DNA of 64,000 bases from an uncultured Collinsella sp. (GTDB lineage: Bacteria; Actinomycetota; Coriobacteriia; Coriobacteriales; Coriobacteriaceae). The stretch is from NCBI GenBank assembly GCA_902478965.1, contig CABSMQ010000001.1, positions 14,857-78,856 on the forward strand. The letters are read 5' to 3'. The notes under the pieces were generated by a model. That model did not search any database and was not told the DNA's origin. It saw nothing but the letters and a program-made list of their open reading frames with translations. Shown here one piece after another: positions 38,465 through 48,861 of this stretch. Each line of letters begins with the position of its first letter. Position 1 is the first letter of the stretch. Made by a program: the position numbers and the translations under genes.

Positions 38465-38572
38465 GTACTGGCTTTCAGATAGTTGTTATTTGGCATCTTA
38501 TGGTACTTGTTTGTGAGGACATTCGCTTACATACGGATGAGATTCCCTCGATACCGTGCCATCATTGACATT

Positions 38573-39364
38573 TTATTCAGAATGCGAATAGCAGGTGGTA
38601 TGGGTGGCGCGGAAGCGGCAGTGCTCGCGCATGCGGCAGATATTGCAGGTGGGGCGGCTCTGGGCGTCGTGGACTTCGCCGTCGAACAGGCCGATCACCG
38701 CGGTCACGCTCTTGGTGGGCATGAGCAGGCTGGTCGGCGTGACGGTAAGCCCGATGAGCCGCGTGGCGTTGAGCGCATTGACGATCGAGCGCTGGGCCGA
38801 GAGCGGGCAGTCGCCGTAGCCGGGGCTAAAGCGCCAGTTGCCGGCGAGTCCGTGTGCGGCGGCGTCCGTCTTGACCTGCTGGTCCATTTGCTCAACGGCG
38901 GCTTCCACGTAAGCGGAGCACGCGGCGTCGAGCACGGCGCCCTCCAGGGGATGTTGGGCTCCCGTGGTGCGCAGGCGACGCTCGGCGTCCATGCCGAGGG
39001 TACATGCCATGAGCGCGGCAAAGCGGGCATCTTTGAGATGTCGATAGATATCGCGACCTCGCAGCTCAACGTTGGTGCCGACCAAGCGAATGCAAGGCTC
39101 ACTTTGTTCGTCCACGCCCGTGGCATCGACGGCAAACACGCGGCGCACGCCACGGGGCTCAATGTCAAGTTCCAGACGCTCGACCACAAGCTCAATACGT
39201 CGTGACAGCTCGGGCTCGATCTGCTGGCCGCCGTAACCCAGATACCGCAGCATCTCGGCACGGTCGACACGGGGATGGTGCGCAGCATCGACACGGTAAA
39301 GCGCCGGCGACGCAAGGTCGGCCGGCACTTCGACAGCGGTTGTATCGATGTGCGGTTTTTCCAT
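38573..39364 (-). CDS. Stand-alone methionine synthase reactivation (SAM-binding) domain protein
   Basis: RFSPGYGD and PTKSVTAVIG motifs; TAATG coupling to metF. Confidence 0.9.
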   Translation of the reverse strand: MEKPHIDTTAVEVPADLASPALYRVDAAHHPRVDRAEMLRYLGYGGQQIEPELSRRIELVVERLELDIEPRGVRRVFAVDATGVDEQSEPCIRLVGTNVELRGRDIYRHLKDARFAALMACTLGMDAERRLRTTGAQHPLEGAVLDAACSAYVEAAVEQMDQQVKTDAAAHGLAGNWRFSPGYGDCPLSAQRSIVNALNATRLIGLTVTPTSLLMPTKSVTAVIGLFDGEVHDAQSRPTCNICRMREHCRFRATHTTCYSHSE

Positions 39365-40236
39365 TACCCCAGGCGCTCCATAATGGTCGCGGCGATCGCA
39401 GGACGGTTCATAGTGTACAGGTGCAGGCCGTCGGCGCCGTGCTCCTTGAGGTCGCAAAGCTGGCGGGCGGCATAATCTACACCGGCTGCCTGCAGGCTCT
39501 CGGGGTCGTTCTCGTACTTGGCGAGAATCTTGATGACGGGGGAGGGCAGCGACGCGCCGCACATAAAGACCATGCGGCTGATCTGCGACTTGCCCATAAA
39601 CGGCATGATGCCCGCGGTAATGGGCACGGTGATGCCGGCCTTGTCGGCAAGCTCGCGAAAACGGTAGAAGCACTCGTTATCAAAGAAGAGCTGTGTCACA
39701 AAGAAGCTCGCGCCGGCGTCCTGTTTTTGCTTGAGGTGTTCGACCGAGAGGTTGAGATCCTCACAGGCAATGTGGCCCTCGGGGTAGGCTGCGGCGCCCA
39801 CGCAAAAGCCGGCGTCGACGAGCTCGGGGATGAGGTCGCGGGCGTAGGCGTAGTCGGAGGCGGGCTTGTCGTCCTCGGTCGCGCCGGCAGGGAGATCGCC
39901 ACGCAGGGCCAGAATGTTTTCAACGCCGGCGGTGCGATACTCGTCGATCTTGGCGGCGATGTCGGCGTGGGTGCGGCCCACGCAGGTGAGGTGTGCCACC
40001 GAGGGCGTGTCGAATTCGCTCGAAATCATATGCGCGATGGGGGCGGTGGTGGCACCGTTGCCCGAGCCGCCGGCCGAGCAGGTGACCGAGACAAAGCTCG
40101 GCGAAAGCTTGCACAGATTGCCTGCCACTTCGCGAGCCGTGTCGAGGGTGAGCTCGCCCTTGGGCGGGAACATCTCAAACGAAACGGGCGCGGTGCCCTG
40201 GGATGCTGCCTGCTTAAAAACCTCGTCGACGCGCAT
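39364..40236 (-). CDS. metF: Methylenetetrahydrofolate reductase
   Basis: SFEMFPPK, AHLTC, ALRGD, TQLFFD and HLYTMN motifs. Confidence 0.95.
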   Translation of the reverse strand: MRVDEVFKQAASQGTAPVSFEMFPPKGELTLDTAREVAGNLCKLSPSFVSVTCSAGGSGNGATTAPIAHMISSEFDTPSVAHLTCVGRTHADIAAKIDEYRTAGVENILALRGDLPAGATEDDKPASDYAYARDLIPELVDAGFCVGAAAYPEGHIACEDLNLSVEHLKQKQDAGASFFVTQLFFDNECFYRFRELADKAGITVPITAGIMPFMGKSQISRMVFMCGASLPSPVIKILAKYENDPESLQAAGVDYAARQLCDLKEHGADGLHLYTMNRPAIAATIMERLG

Positions 40237-40662
40237 ATCGTGCTCCTCTAGATACGTAATAGTGTGATGTGTTGTAAGGATTCTACAGCACCACTGTGTC
40301 ACGGTGGAGTTTCACTCGTTATTCGGGGATACCAATCAAAGATGCCTTGCTATCGGCTTTCTCTATAACAGAGCGGCTAATCTAGGCACGGACTATAAAG
40401 ACTGATATCTGATGCAAAATACCAGTTAATAGAGCTCCATCCCAAATTGACTACCCTTAAACCATGGGGAGAGGTCTGCAATTTATGCAGTTGATTGGCT
40501 GTTGAGGGTGGCAACGCCGCCTCGATAGGGTAACCTCATTGATTGGTTTCGCGACAGCAACATAACGGTAATGTCGCGGAAACACGGCGAGTCTAAGCTA
40601 TGACTCGTTCGTTAGTAATCAACACCGCTTCTCACGCGGTGCCGATACGAAGGGAGTTCCGT

Positions 40663-42750
40663 ATGGCCGAACTTACTGACCGCTTCGGGACCATGGTGTT
40701 CTCTGAGGAAGTCATGAAGGACTACCTCCCCAAGGACATTTGGAAGCGCCTTGCTGCAACCCTCGAGGGCGGTGAGCCGCTCGACCTGGATGTGGCCAAC
40801 GCCGTTGCCCATGCCATGAAGGTCTGGGCCATCTCCAAGGGCGCGACGCACTACGCGCACTGGTTCCAGCCGCTTTCGGGCATTACTTCCGAGAAGCACG
40901 ACAGCTTCCTGGAGCCCAACCACGACGGCACCGCCATTACCAAGTTTACGGGCAAGAACCTCATCCAGGGCGAGCCCGATGCCTCGAGCTTCCCCAACGG
41001 CGGCCTGCGTGCTACCTTCGAGGCCCGTGGCTACACCGCTTGGGACCCCACTAGCCCCGCCTTTATCAAGGACGATGTCCTGTGCATCCCCACGGCTTTC
41101 TGCTCCTACACGGGCGAGGCCCTGGACAAGAAGACCCCGCTGCTGCGTTCCATGACCGCGCTCTCGCGTGAGTCTAAGCGCGTTTTGGCGCTGTTCGGTA
41201 AGACCCCCAAGAAGGTCGTTCCTTCCGTGGGCGACGAGCAGGAGTACTTCCTGATCAAGAAGGACGCCTACCGCAAGCGCAAGGACCTGGTCATTACCGG
41301 CCGCACCCTCTTTGGTGCTGCTCCATGCAAGGGTCAGGAGCTCGAGGAGCACTACTTTGGCGCTATCCGCCCCACCGTCTCGGCCTATATGAAGGATCTG
41401 GACGATGAGCTGTGGGCGCTTGGCATTCCCGCCAAGACCAAGCACAACGAGGTTGCTCCCTGCCAGCATGAGCTTGCCCCCGTCTATGGCGAAGTCAACG
41501 AGGCCATCGACCAGAATCTGGTCATGATGGAGAAGATGAAGCTCATCGCCTCCCGCCACGACTTGGTCTGCCTGCTGCACGAGAAGCCCTTTGAGGGCAT
41601 CAATGGTTCGGGCAAGCACAACAACTGGTCGCTTGGCACCGAGTCCGAGAATCTGCTCGATCCGGGCGACACTCCGCTCGACAACCTGCAGTTCATCGTC
41701 TTCCTCACCGCGGTGATCGAGGCCGTCGATAACTATCAGGAGCTCCTGCGTGCCTCTGTTGCCTCGGCCGGTAACGACCATCGTCTGGGCGCCAACGAGG
41801 CTCCTCCGGCGATTATGTCCATCTTCCTGGGCGACCAGCTTACCGAGGTCGTCGAGAAGATCATCGATGGCAAGGCTTCCGTCCATGCCACGCGCGGCGT
41901 GCTCGACTTGGGCGCCGATACTCTGCCCAAGCTGATGCAGGACAACACCGACCGCAACCGCACCTCCCCGTTTGCCTTCACCGGCAACAAGTTCGAGTTC
42001 CGTGCCTGCGGCTCCGAGCAGAACGTCTCCGACTCCAACCTGGTGCTCGATGCCGCCGTGGCCAAATCGCTCAAGTCCTTCGCCGACGCACTCGAGGGTA
42101 CGCCCGAGGATAAGTTCCAGGACGCCGCGCTCGAGTACTGCAAGAAGGTGCTGACCGATCACCAGCGCATCCTGTTCTCCGGCGACGGTTACTCCGACGA
42201 GTGGCCCATCGAGGCCGAGAAGCGCGGCCTTGCCAACAACAAGACCACGGCCGACGCCCTGCCCGCCTTTGTTTCCGATAAGGCTATCGCGCTCTTTGAG
42301 GAGACGGGTGTCCTGACCAAGGCCGAGGCCCAGTGCCGCTACGACTGCAAGCTCGAGAAGTACAACAAGCTCATGAACATCGAGGCCACCACGATGGTTC
42401 GCGAGGCGCGTCGTACCTATCGCCCGGTCATTACCGCCTATGCCACCAAGGTCGCTAAGGGCCTTGAGACTATTCGTGCCGCCGGTGCCGAGGCCGCCAT
42501 GCAGTGCGAGCAGAACACGCTCAACAAGCTCTGCAACGGTATCACCACCATCAACGACTCCATCAAGGCGCTCGACGCCGTGCATCAGAAGGCCGAGGCC
42601 CTCGATGGCCAGGAGCAGGCCAACGTGTATGCACACGAGGTCGTTCCCGCTATGGATACGCTGCGTGCCGCCGTGGATGCCATGGAGGAGATCGTGGCCG
42701 CCGACTACTGGCCGGTCCCGACCTACGACGACATCCTGTTCTACGTGTAG
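40663..42750 (+). CDS. glnA: Glutamine synthetase type III
   Basis: [27 protein letters not shown] and [18 protein letters not shown] motifs. Confidence 0.95.
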   Translation: MAELTDRFGTMVFSEEVMKDYLPKDIWKRLAATLEGGEPLDLDVANAVAHAMKVWAISKGATHYAHWFQPLSGITSEKHDSFLEPNHDGTAITKFTGKNLIQGEPDASSFPNGGLRATFEARGYTAWDPTSPAFIKDDVLCIPTAFCSYTGEALDKKTPLLRSMTALSRESKRVLALFGKTPKKVVPSVGDEQEYFLIKKDAYRKRKDLVITGRTLFGAAPCKGQELEEHYFGAIRPTVSAYMKDLDDELWALGIPAKTKHNEVAPCQHELAPVYGEVNEAIDQNLVMMEKMKLIASRHDLVCLLHEKPFEGINGSGKHNNWSLGTESENLLDPGDTPLDNLQFIVFLTAVIEAVDNYQELLRASVASAGNDHRLGANEAPPAIMSIFLGDQLTEVVEKIIDGKASVHATRGVLDLGADTLPKLMQDNTDRNRTSPFAFTGNKFEFRACGSEQNVSDSNLVLDAAVAKSLKSFADALEGTPEDKFQDAALEYCKKVLTDHQRILFSGDGYSDEWPIEAEKRGLANNKTTADALPAFVSDKAIALFEETGVLTKAEAQCRYDCKLEKYNKLMNIEATTMVREARRTYRPVITAYATKVAKGLETIRAAGAEAAMQCEQNTLNKLCNGITTINDSIKALDAVHQKAEALDGQEQANVYAHEVVPAMDTLRAAVDAMEEIVAADYWPVPTYDDILFYV

Positions 42751-42780
42751 GATTGGGACAACATACCGTCACGGTTGAAA

Positions 42781-42816
42781 GCCGGGGTCCGCATTACGCG
42801 GACCCCGGCCTTTTTG
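42781..42816 (+). terminator. Intrinsic terminator
   Basis: GCCGGGGTCCGC..GCGGACCCCGGC followed by CTTTTT. Confidence 0.85.
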
Positions 42817-42857
42817 TTGAACAAATTCCCTAGGGCGGCGTCCGTTCGTGTCGTTTA

Positions 42858-43598
42858 TTAGGGTAGGGGTGTGCGCGTTGCCGTGTCGTGAAAATGGAAG
42901 ATGCTCGGAATATAACGCGCCTCGATATACTCAAATTGAGTTCCGGTTGAGTCGAATGTCTGGCTGGTTACGACCGCCAGATACGAAGAAGGATCGATGT
43001 CAAGCAACCGGCAGTCCTCAGTGTCGGGCTGGGCGAGTGTTATCGTTCGTTTGCTCACGGCAATGGTGAGCCCTAGCTCATCCTCGATGTAATGGAAGAG
43101 CGACAGGGTGGCATTCTGCTCGTTTAGGCCGGGGACGGAGGAAGTTAGGAAGTAGTGGCGGTCGACAGCGACCGGTTTATCGTCGAGCATGCGGACGAGC
43201 TTCAAATGCGTAAGGTCTTCTCCTTCGGGAAATCCCGTCAATTGAGCTAGACACTTATCGGTGCTTACGTGTTCGAAATAGACGATTTTTGACGTTGGAA
43301 TTGCTCCGATCGCATGTGCCGATTCGCTGAACGAAGAAAGGTCGCTTACGGTGAATGCGTCCTCTTTGCTGGTGCCTGCAGGTGACGTCTCGATTACGAG
43401 GACTCCCTTGCCTTTAATGGACTGAACTAGACCTTCATTTGCGAGAAGCGAGATAGCCTTGCGCACCGTCATTCGAGAGCAGGAGAACTCTTTGGAAAGA
43501 TTTTGTTCGGAAGGAAGGAGCGATCCTACGGGATGCTTGCCTTCGACAATCCGCTTTCGTAGGCTTCGGTAAATTTCACTGTACAGGATCCTTGCCAA
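42858..43598 (-). CDS. GntR/HutC (TreR-like) regulator with UTRA domain
   Basis: LPSEQNL..SRMTVRKAI..GKG wHTH followed by a UTRA-like region. Confidence 0.9.
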   Translation of the reverse strand: MARILYSEIYRSLRKRIVEGKHPVGSLLPSEQNLSKEFSCSRMTVRKAISLLANEGLVQSIKGKGVLVIETSPAGTSKEDAFTVSDLSSFSESAHAIGAIPTSKIVYFEHVSTDKCLAQLTGFPEGEDLTHLKLVRMLDDKPVAVDRHYFLTSSVPGLNEQNATLSLFHYIEDELGLTIAVSKRTITLAQPDTEDCRLLDIDPSSYLAVVTSQTFDSTGTQFEYIEARYIPSIFHFHDTATRTPLP

Positions 43599-43730
43599 AA
43601 TGCTCTCCTTATTGAGGTTGTACGGAATGCGTCGAATCGGCGCGATTATCCGGTTCTACCAATTATAGGAAGTGGAGACACTTAAAGTTGCCGCTTACCG
43701 CCATATATCAACCGTTCGCCCGTATGCTTA

Positions 43731-45138
<1,408 letters not shown>

Positions 45139-45206
45139 TATCGGAAATCAATTTTGTGAAAGATGGCGGGCGGCCGACCTTGGACAGGTCGCATGGGAGG
45201 AAAACC

Positions 45207-46676
45207 ATGAGCGAAAGCAAAGAGCTTGCAAATCGCAAGCTCGGCGAGGACGTAGTTGGCCTCGTCGGCGGTAAGGAAAACATCCTGAGCATCTCGCACT
45301 GCATGACGCGTCTACGTTTCAAGCTGCGGGACGATGCGAAGGCCGATACTAAGGCAATTGAGTCTCATAAAGGCGTCATTCAAGTAATCAACGCGAATGG
45401 CCAGTATCAGGTTGTTGTCGGCATCAATGTGATTGAGGATGTTTACGATGCCGCAGTTGCCGCTTCTGGTGTCGAGGGGCTGGGCGAGGTTAATCTTGAT
45501 GGTGAGCCCGTCAAGAAAGGAAACCTTGTTAGTGCCCTTATCGATACTATTTCAGGCGTAATCCAGCCGATTCTTGCGGTGCTGTGTGCCGCGGGCATGA
45601 TCAAGGGTGTTTTGAGTATTCTCGTCGCCCTCGGATGGATTACGGCAACAGACGGCTTGTACCAGATTCTATATGCGGCTGGTGACGGCTTCTTCTACTT
45701 CCTGCCGATCATCCTTGGCTATACCGCGGCAAAGAAGTTTGGCTGCAGTGGGTTCGTTGGCATGACGCTCGGTATCGCACTTACGTATCCGGCGATGGTC
45801 AACATCACATCGGGCGATGTTTTGGGAACGGTTCTTGCCGGCACTCCCTTTGCCATGAACTACTACACGACTTTCCTCGGCATACCCGTCATCATGCCGT
45901 CTTCGGGTTATACGAGCTCTGTCATTCCGATTATCATCTCTGTTTGGTTCGCGGCAAAGCTGGAGAAGTGGTGCCGCAAGCATTTCTCTGAGTATGTAAA
46001 GTTCTTCTTTGTGCCTACATGCGTGCTCGTTGTGATGGTCCCCGCTACCTATTTGATTATTGGCCCGATTGCCACCCTGATCACGAACCTCATGAGCCTG
46101 CTGTTTAACTCCCTCTACAGCTTGCCTGTCATCGGCGGCGCGCTCGGCGGCATCGTGCTTACTGCCATTTGGCAGCCTATGGTCATCTTCGGCTTCCACT
46201 GGAGTGTCATTGCCCTCATGCTGGTGAACATTGCCTCCCAGGGCTGGGATATTGTCATGGCGCCGTACATGGTTTGCTCGTACGCTCAGTCCCTTGCCGT
46301 CCTTGCCATTCTTCTGAAGACTAAGGACGTAAAGCTCAAGCAGCTTGCATGGCCGGCGTTCATCTCGGGCTTCTTCTTTGGCATCACTGAGCCCTGCATC
46401 TACGGCGTGACCCTTCCGCGCAAGAAGCCTTTTGTCATGAGCTGCATCGCCTCTGTGCCCGGCGGCCTAATCATCGGTGCTCTTGGTACCAAGATGTTCG
46501 CCTTCACCGGCGGCGGCTTCTGCGCCTTCCCGGGCTTCATTGATCCGTCCGGCGCAATGGGCGCGAGCTATCTGATTTACGTAATCATAGCCATCGTGGT
46601 TTCCAGCGTGATTTCATTCCTGCTTACGTATGCGACGTACAAGGAGGACGTGCCGGCGGTAGAGGCTGCAAAGTAG
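45207..46676 (+). CDS. PTS transporter EIIBC (sucrose/trehalose/beta-glucoside branch)
   Basis: HCMTRLRF, FGFHW and GITEP motifs; no EIIA domain. Confidence 0.92.
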   Translation: MSESKELANRKLGEDVVGLVGGKENILSISHCMTRLRFKLRDDAKADTKAIESHKGVIQVINANGQYQVVVGINVIEDVYDAAVAASGVEGLGEVNLDGEPVKKGNLVSALIDTISGVIQPILAVLCAAGMIKGVLSILVALGWITATDGLYQILYAAGDGFFYFLPIILGYTAAKKFGCSGFVGMTLGIALTYPAMVNITSGDVLGTVLAGTPFAMNYYTTFLGIPVIMPSSGYTSSVIPIIISVWFAAKLEKWCRKHFSEYVKFFFVPTCVLVVMVPATYLIIGPIATLITNLMSLLFNSLYSLPVIGGALGGIVLTAIWQPMVIFGFHWSVIALMLVNIASQGWDIVMAPYMVCSYAQSLAVLAILLKTKDVKLKQLAWPAFISGFFFGITEPCIYGVTLPRKKPFVMSCIASVPGGLIIGALGTKMFAFTGGGFCAFPGFIDPSGAMGASYLIYVIIAIVVSSVISFLLTYATYKEDVPAVEAAK

Positions 46677-46802
46677 CCAAAGAAGTGGAGCCGCGGAACA
46701 AGTATTTCCCCGCGCGCCAGCAATCTGACAAGGTCGTCCTTGGATAAGCGCCGAGGGCGACCTCGTCTTGTACTGATTTCGTTCGAGAGGCAGTGGTTGA
46801 GG

Positions 46803-48239
46803 GTGCCTAATATTATCTTTGACAATAAGATGGGCGAGACATGCCTTGCGGCGTGGAGGTCCGCAGGTGTGGAAGTCCGCTCAGTCGTGGTCCGACAAGA
46901 TGGTGAAGTCGTCTTCGAGCATGCGGCTGCGCCGTTCGCCCTCGAACACGTTCACCCGCTCTATTCTGTGACTAAGTCCTTCACCTCGGTTGCTGTCGGG
47001 ATGTTGGTGAATGAAGGACGGCTGTCGCTGACCGATCGCTGGATTTCATACTTCCCGGAATATGAAGGCGAGATTGCGGATGAGCGCTTTCACAATGTGA
47101 CGGTTCGCAATTTGCTGACTATGACGATGGGGCAGGAGAGTGACCTTTCGTATATTGGCGCGGGAGACGACTGGGCACATGAGGTTCTTCATCGTGAGTT
47201 TGACTGGAAGCCGGGCGAGGTTTTTCACTACGATTCGCTGTGTTCACATTTATTGAGCATGCTCGTGCAACGCATAAGTGGAACGAAAGAATCCGATTAT
47301 CTCGCCGAACGTTTGTTTACGCCGTTAGACATTAGAAATTGGTGGTGGGAAGAGGATCAAGCCGGTCATACGACCGGAGGTTTTGGTCTTCACCTTTCGA
47401 CACCGGATTTGGCTAAGTTTGGTCAATGTTTGCTAGATGGTGGCAAGTGGCGTGGGGAACAGATCATTCCCGCGGAATGGGTTGCCGAGGCGACGAAGAT
47501 TCAGGTGGAAACGAGCCCCTTTTATCCGTCTGAGGCGACTGAAGACAGCAATGGCTATGGATACCAGTTCTGGATGTGCCGGCGTGGCGGGTTCAGATGC
47601 TCTGGCCTTTTTGGGCAGCTGTGCTACATGCGGCCCACAGATGGCCTTGTCATCGCCTGCTCGAGTTCCACGACAGGAAGTAAGGCGCTGCTTGATCCGC
47701 TGTATGAGGTATTGTTCAAAGAGTCTAATGTTCGGGAAACGGTGGCTTCCGAACGTGACTTCGATAGCATTCCCTTGCCAGCTGGGTTGGCTTCTGGCGG
47801 ACGTTTGAGTTCATTACGCCTCGAGGGCATTCACCGTTGCATTTTCGGGGATTTTGAAGAGATCGATATTCGATTTCATGAGAATGAGCTGGATTTGTCT
47901 CTGTTGCGCGATGGTCGCGAGTACGGCGTGAGGGCCGGCTACAAGTCTTGGGTTTGTAAATCGGGCGATGGGGCCGGAGTCGGAGACCTCTTTCCTTTCG
48001 TGACTCATGAAGCTGAGAGGGACGATGCCCCCGCATGGGATGTTCGCAAGTTGTTTGCAGCGTATGCCTGGACTTCGCCAACAAGTTTACAAATCGAGAC
48101 CAGGGAACTGGACTACACACGGCGCTGTTTTATCGATGTACGGATCGGAGGTATTTATGCTGTGTGCAGGGTGCGAGTTGAGGGAATGTGCTGTTTCCCG
48201 GCGCCCTCGGAACTCACAGCGATTTTGAAGTTGGGATAA
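46803..48239 (+). CDS. Serine hydrolase, beta-lactamase/class C-like family
   Basis: SVTK (SxxK), LLTMTMG, FHYDS and YGYQFW motifs; start uncertain. Confidence 0.85.
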   Translation: MPNIIFDNKMGETCLAAWRSAGVEVRSVVVRQDGEVVFEHAAAPFALEHVHPLYSVTKSFTSVAVGMLVNEGRLSLTDRWISYFPEYEGEIADERFHNVTVRNLLTMTMGQESDLSYIGAGDDWAHEVLHREFDWKPGEVFHYDSLCSHLLSMLVQRISGTKESDYLAERLFTPLDIRNWWWEEDQAGHTTGGFGLHLSTPDLAKFGQCLLDGGKWRGEQIIPAEWVAEATKIQVETSPFYPSEATEDSNGYGYQFWMCRRGGFRCSGLFGQLCYMRPTDGLVIACSSSTTGSKALLDPLYEVLFKESNVRETVASERDFDSIPLPAGLASGGRLSSLRLEGIHRCIFGDFEEIDIRFHENELDLSLLRDGREYGVRAGYKSWVCKSGDGAGVGDLFPFVTHEAERDDAPAWDVRKLFAAYAWTSPTSLQIETRELDYTRRCFIDVRIGGIYAVCRVRVEGMCCFPAPSELTAILKLG

Positions 48240-48485
48240 TTTTTCAAGGCGTGCGATTGATAAGAAAGCTTGTCAACATCACGGCTAATGGAGACGGAGC
48301 TGTCTCCAGGCAATGTTTTTCGATACGGACGTTTCAGATATCGTATTGCTAGGGACTAAGTTAATCACTTGTTAGGGCCGAAGCGTAGATGCGTTTTCTC
48401 GGCTCTGTACCCTGTTGGGCTCGAGTCCCGGCGCATGGCAGCAAAAAGCCCGCTATCGTGAGGATAGCGGGCTTCTCATTTCAAA

Positions 48486-48562
48486 TGGTGCCCCCAGCGG
48501 GATTCGAACCCGCGATATCCACCTTGAAAGGGTGGCGTCCTTGGCCGCTAGACGATGGGGAC
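48486..48562 (-). tRNA. tRNA-Glu (TTC)
   Basis: Cloverleaf with CCACC-CTTTCAA-GGTGG anticodon arm, GGTTCGAATCC T-arm and encoded CCA. Confidence 0.97.
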
Positions 48563-48660
48563 AGCGGGAAAGAGTATAGCAGACTTTTTTGCCGGCGCGT
48601 ATATCGTTGGCAAACTGGAAAACCACCACACAGGAGCTGGCTCCCTATCCTGATTTTCAA

Positions 48661-48803
48661 ATATCTCAATCTGTAACATCTGGGCGGGCAAATCGGCTCT
48701 ATCTGTTACAGATCGAGACAAACGGCGGGCGTCGGGACGAATATCTCAATCTGTAACAGTAAGACGACTTTTAACGGTCTAGATGTTACAGATTGAGACA
48801 AAC
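48661..48803. repeat. Two 80-bp palindromic units (BIME-like)
   Basis: ATATCTCAATCTGTAACA..TGTTACAGATYGAGACAAAC twice. Confidence 0.8.
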
Positions 48804-48819
48804 TGCCGTGGCAGGTCAA

Positions 48820-48854
48820 AACCACCACAAAGGTGCCTGTCCCCTTTGTGGTGG
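48820..48854. repeat. REP-like palindrome (family A)
   Basis: Near-identical to the reverse complement of 6661-6697. Confidence 0.8.
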
Positions 48855-48861
48855 CGGGGCG

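Noticed and set aside
46803..48239. Beta-lactam resistance gene
   Set aside because: No signal peptide and YDS instead of YxN; the sugar-operon context favours an esterase or amidase.
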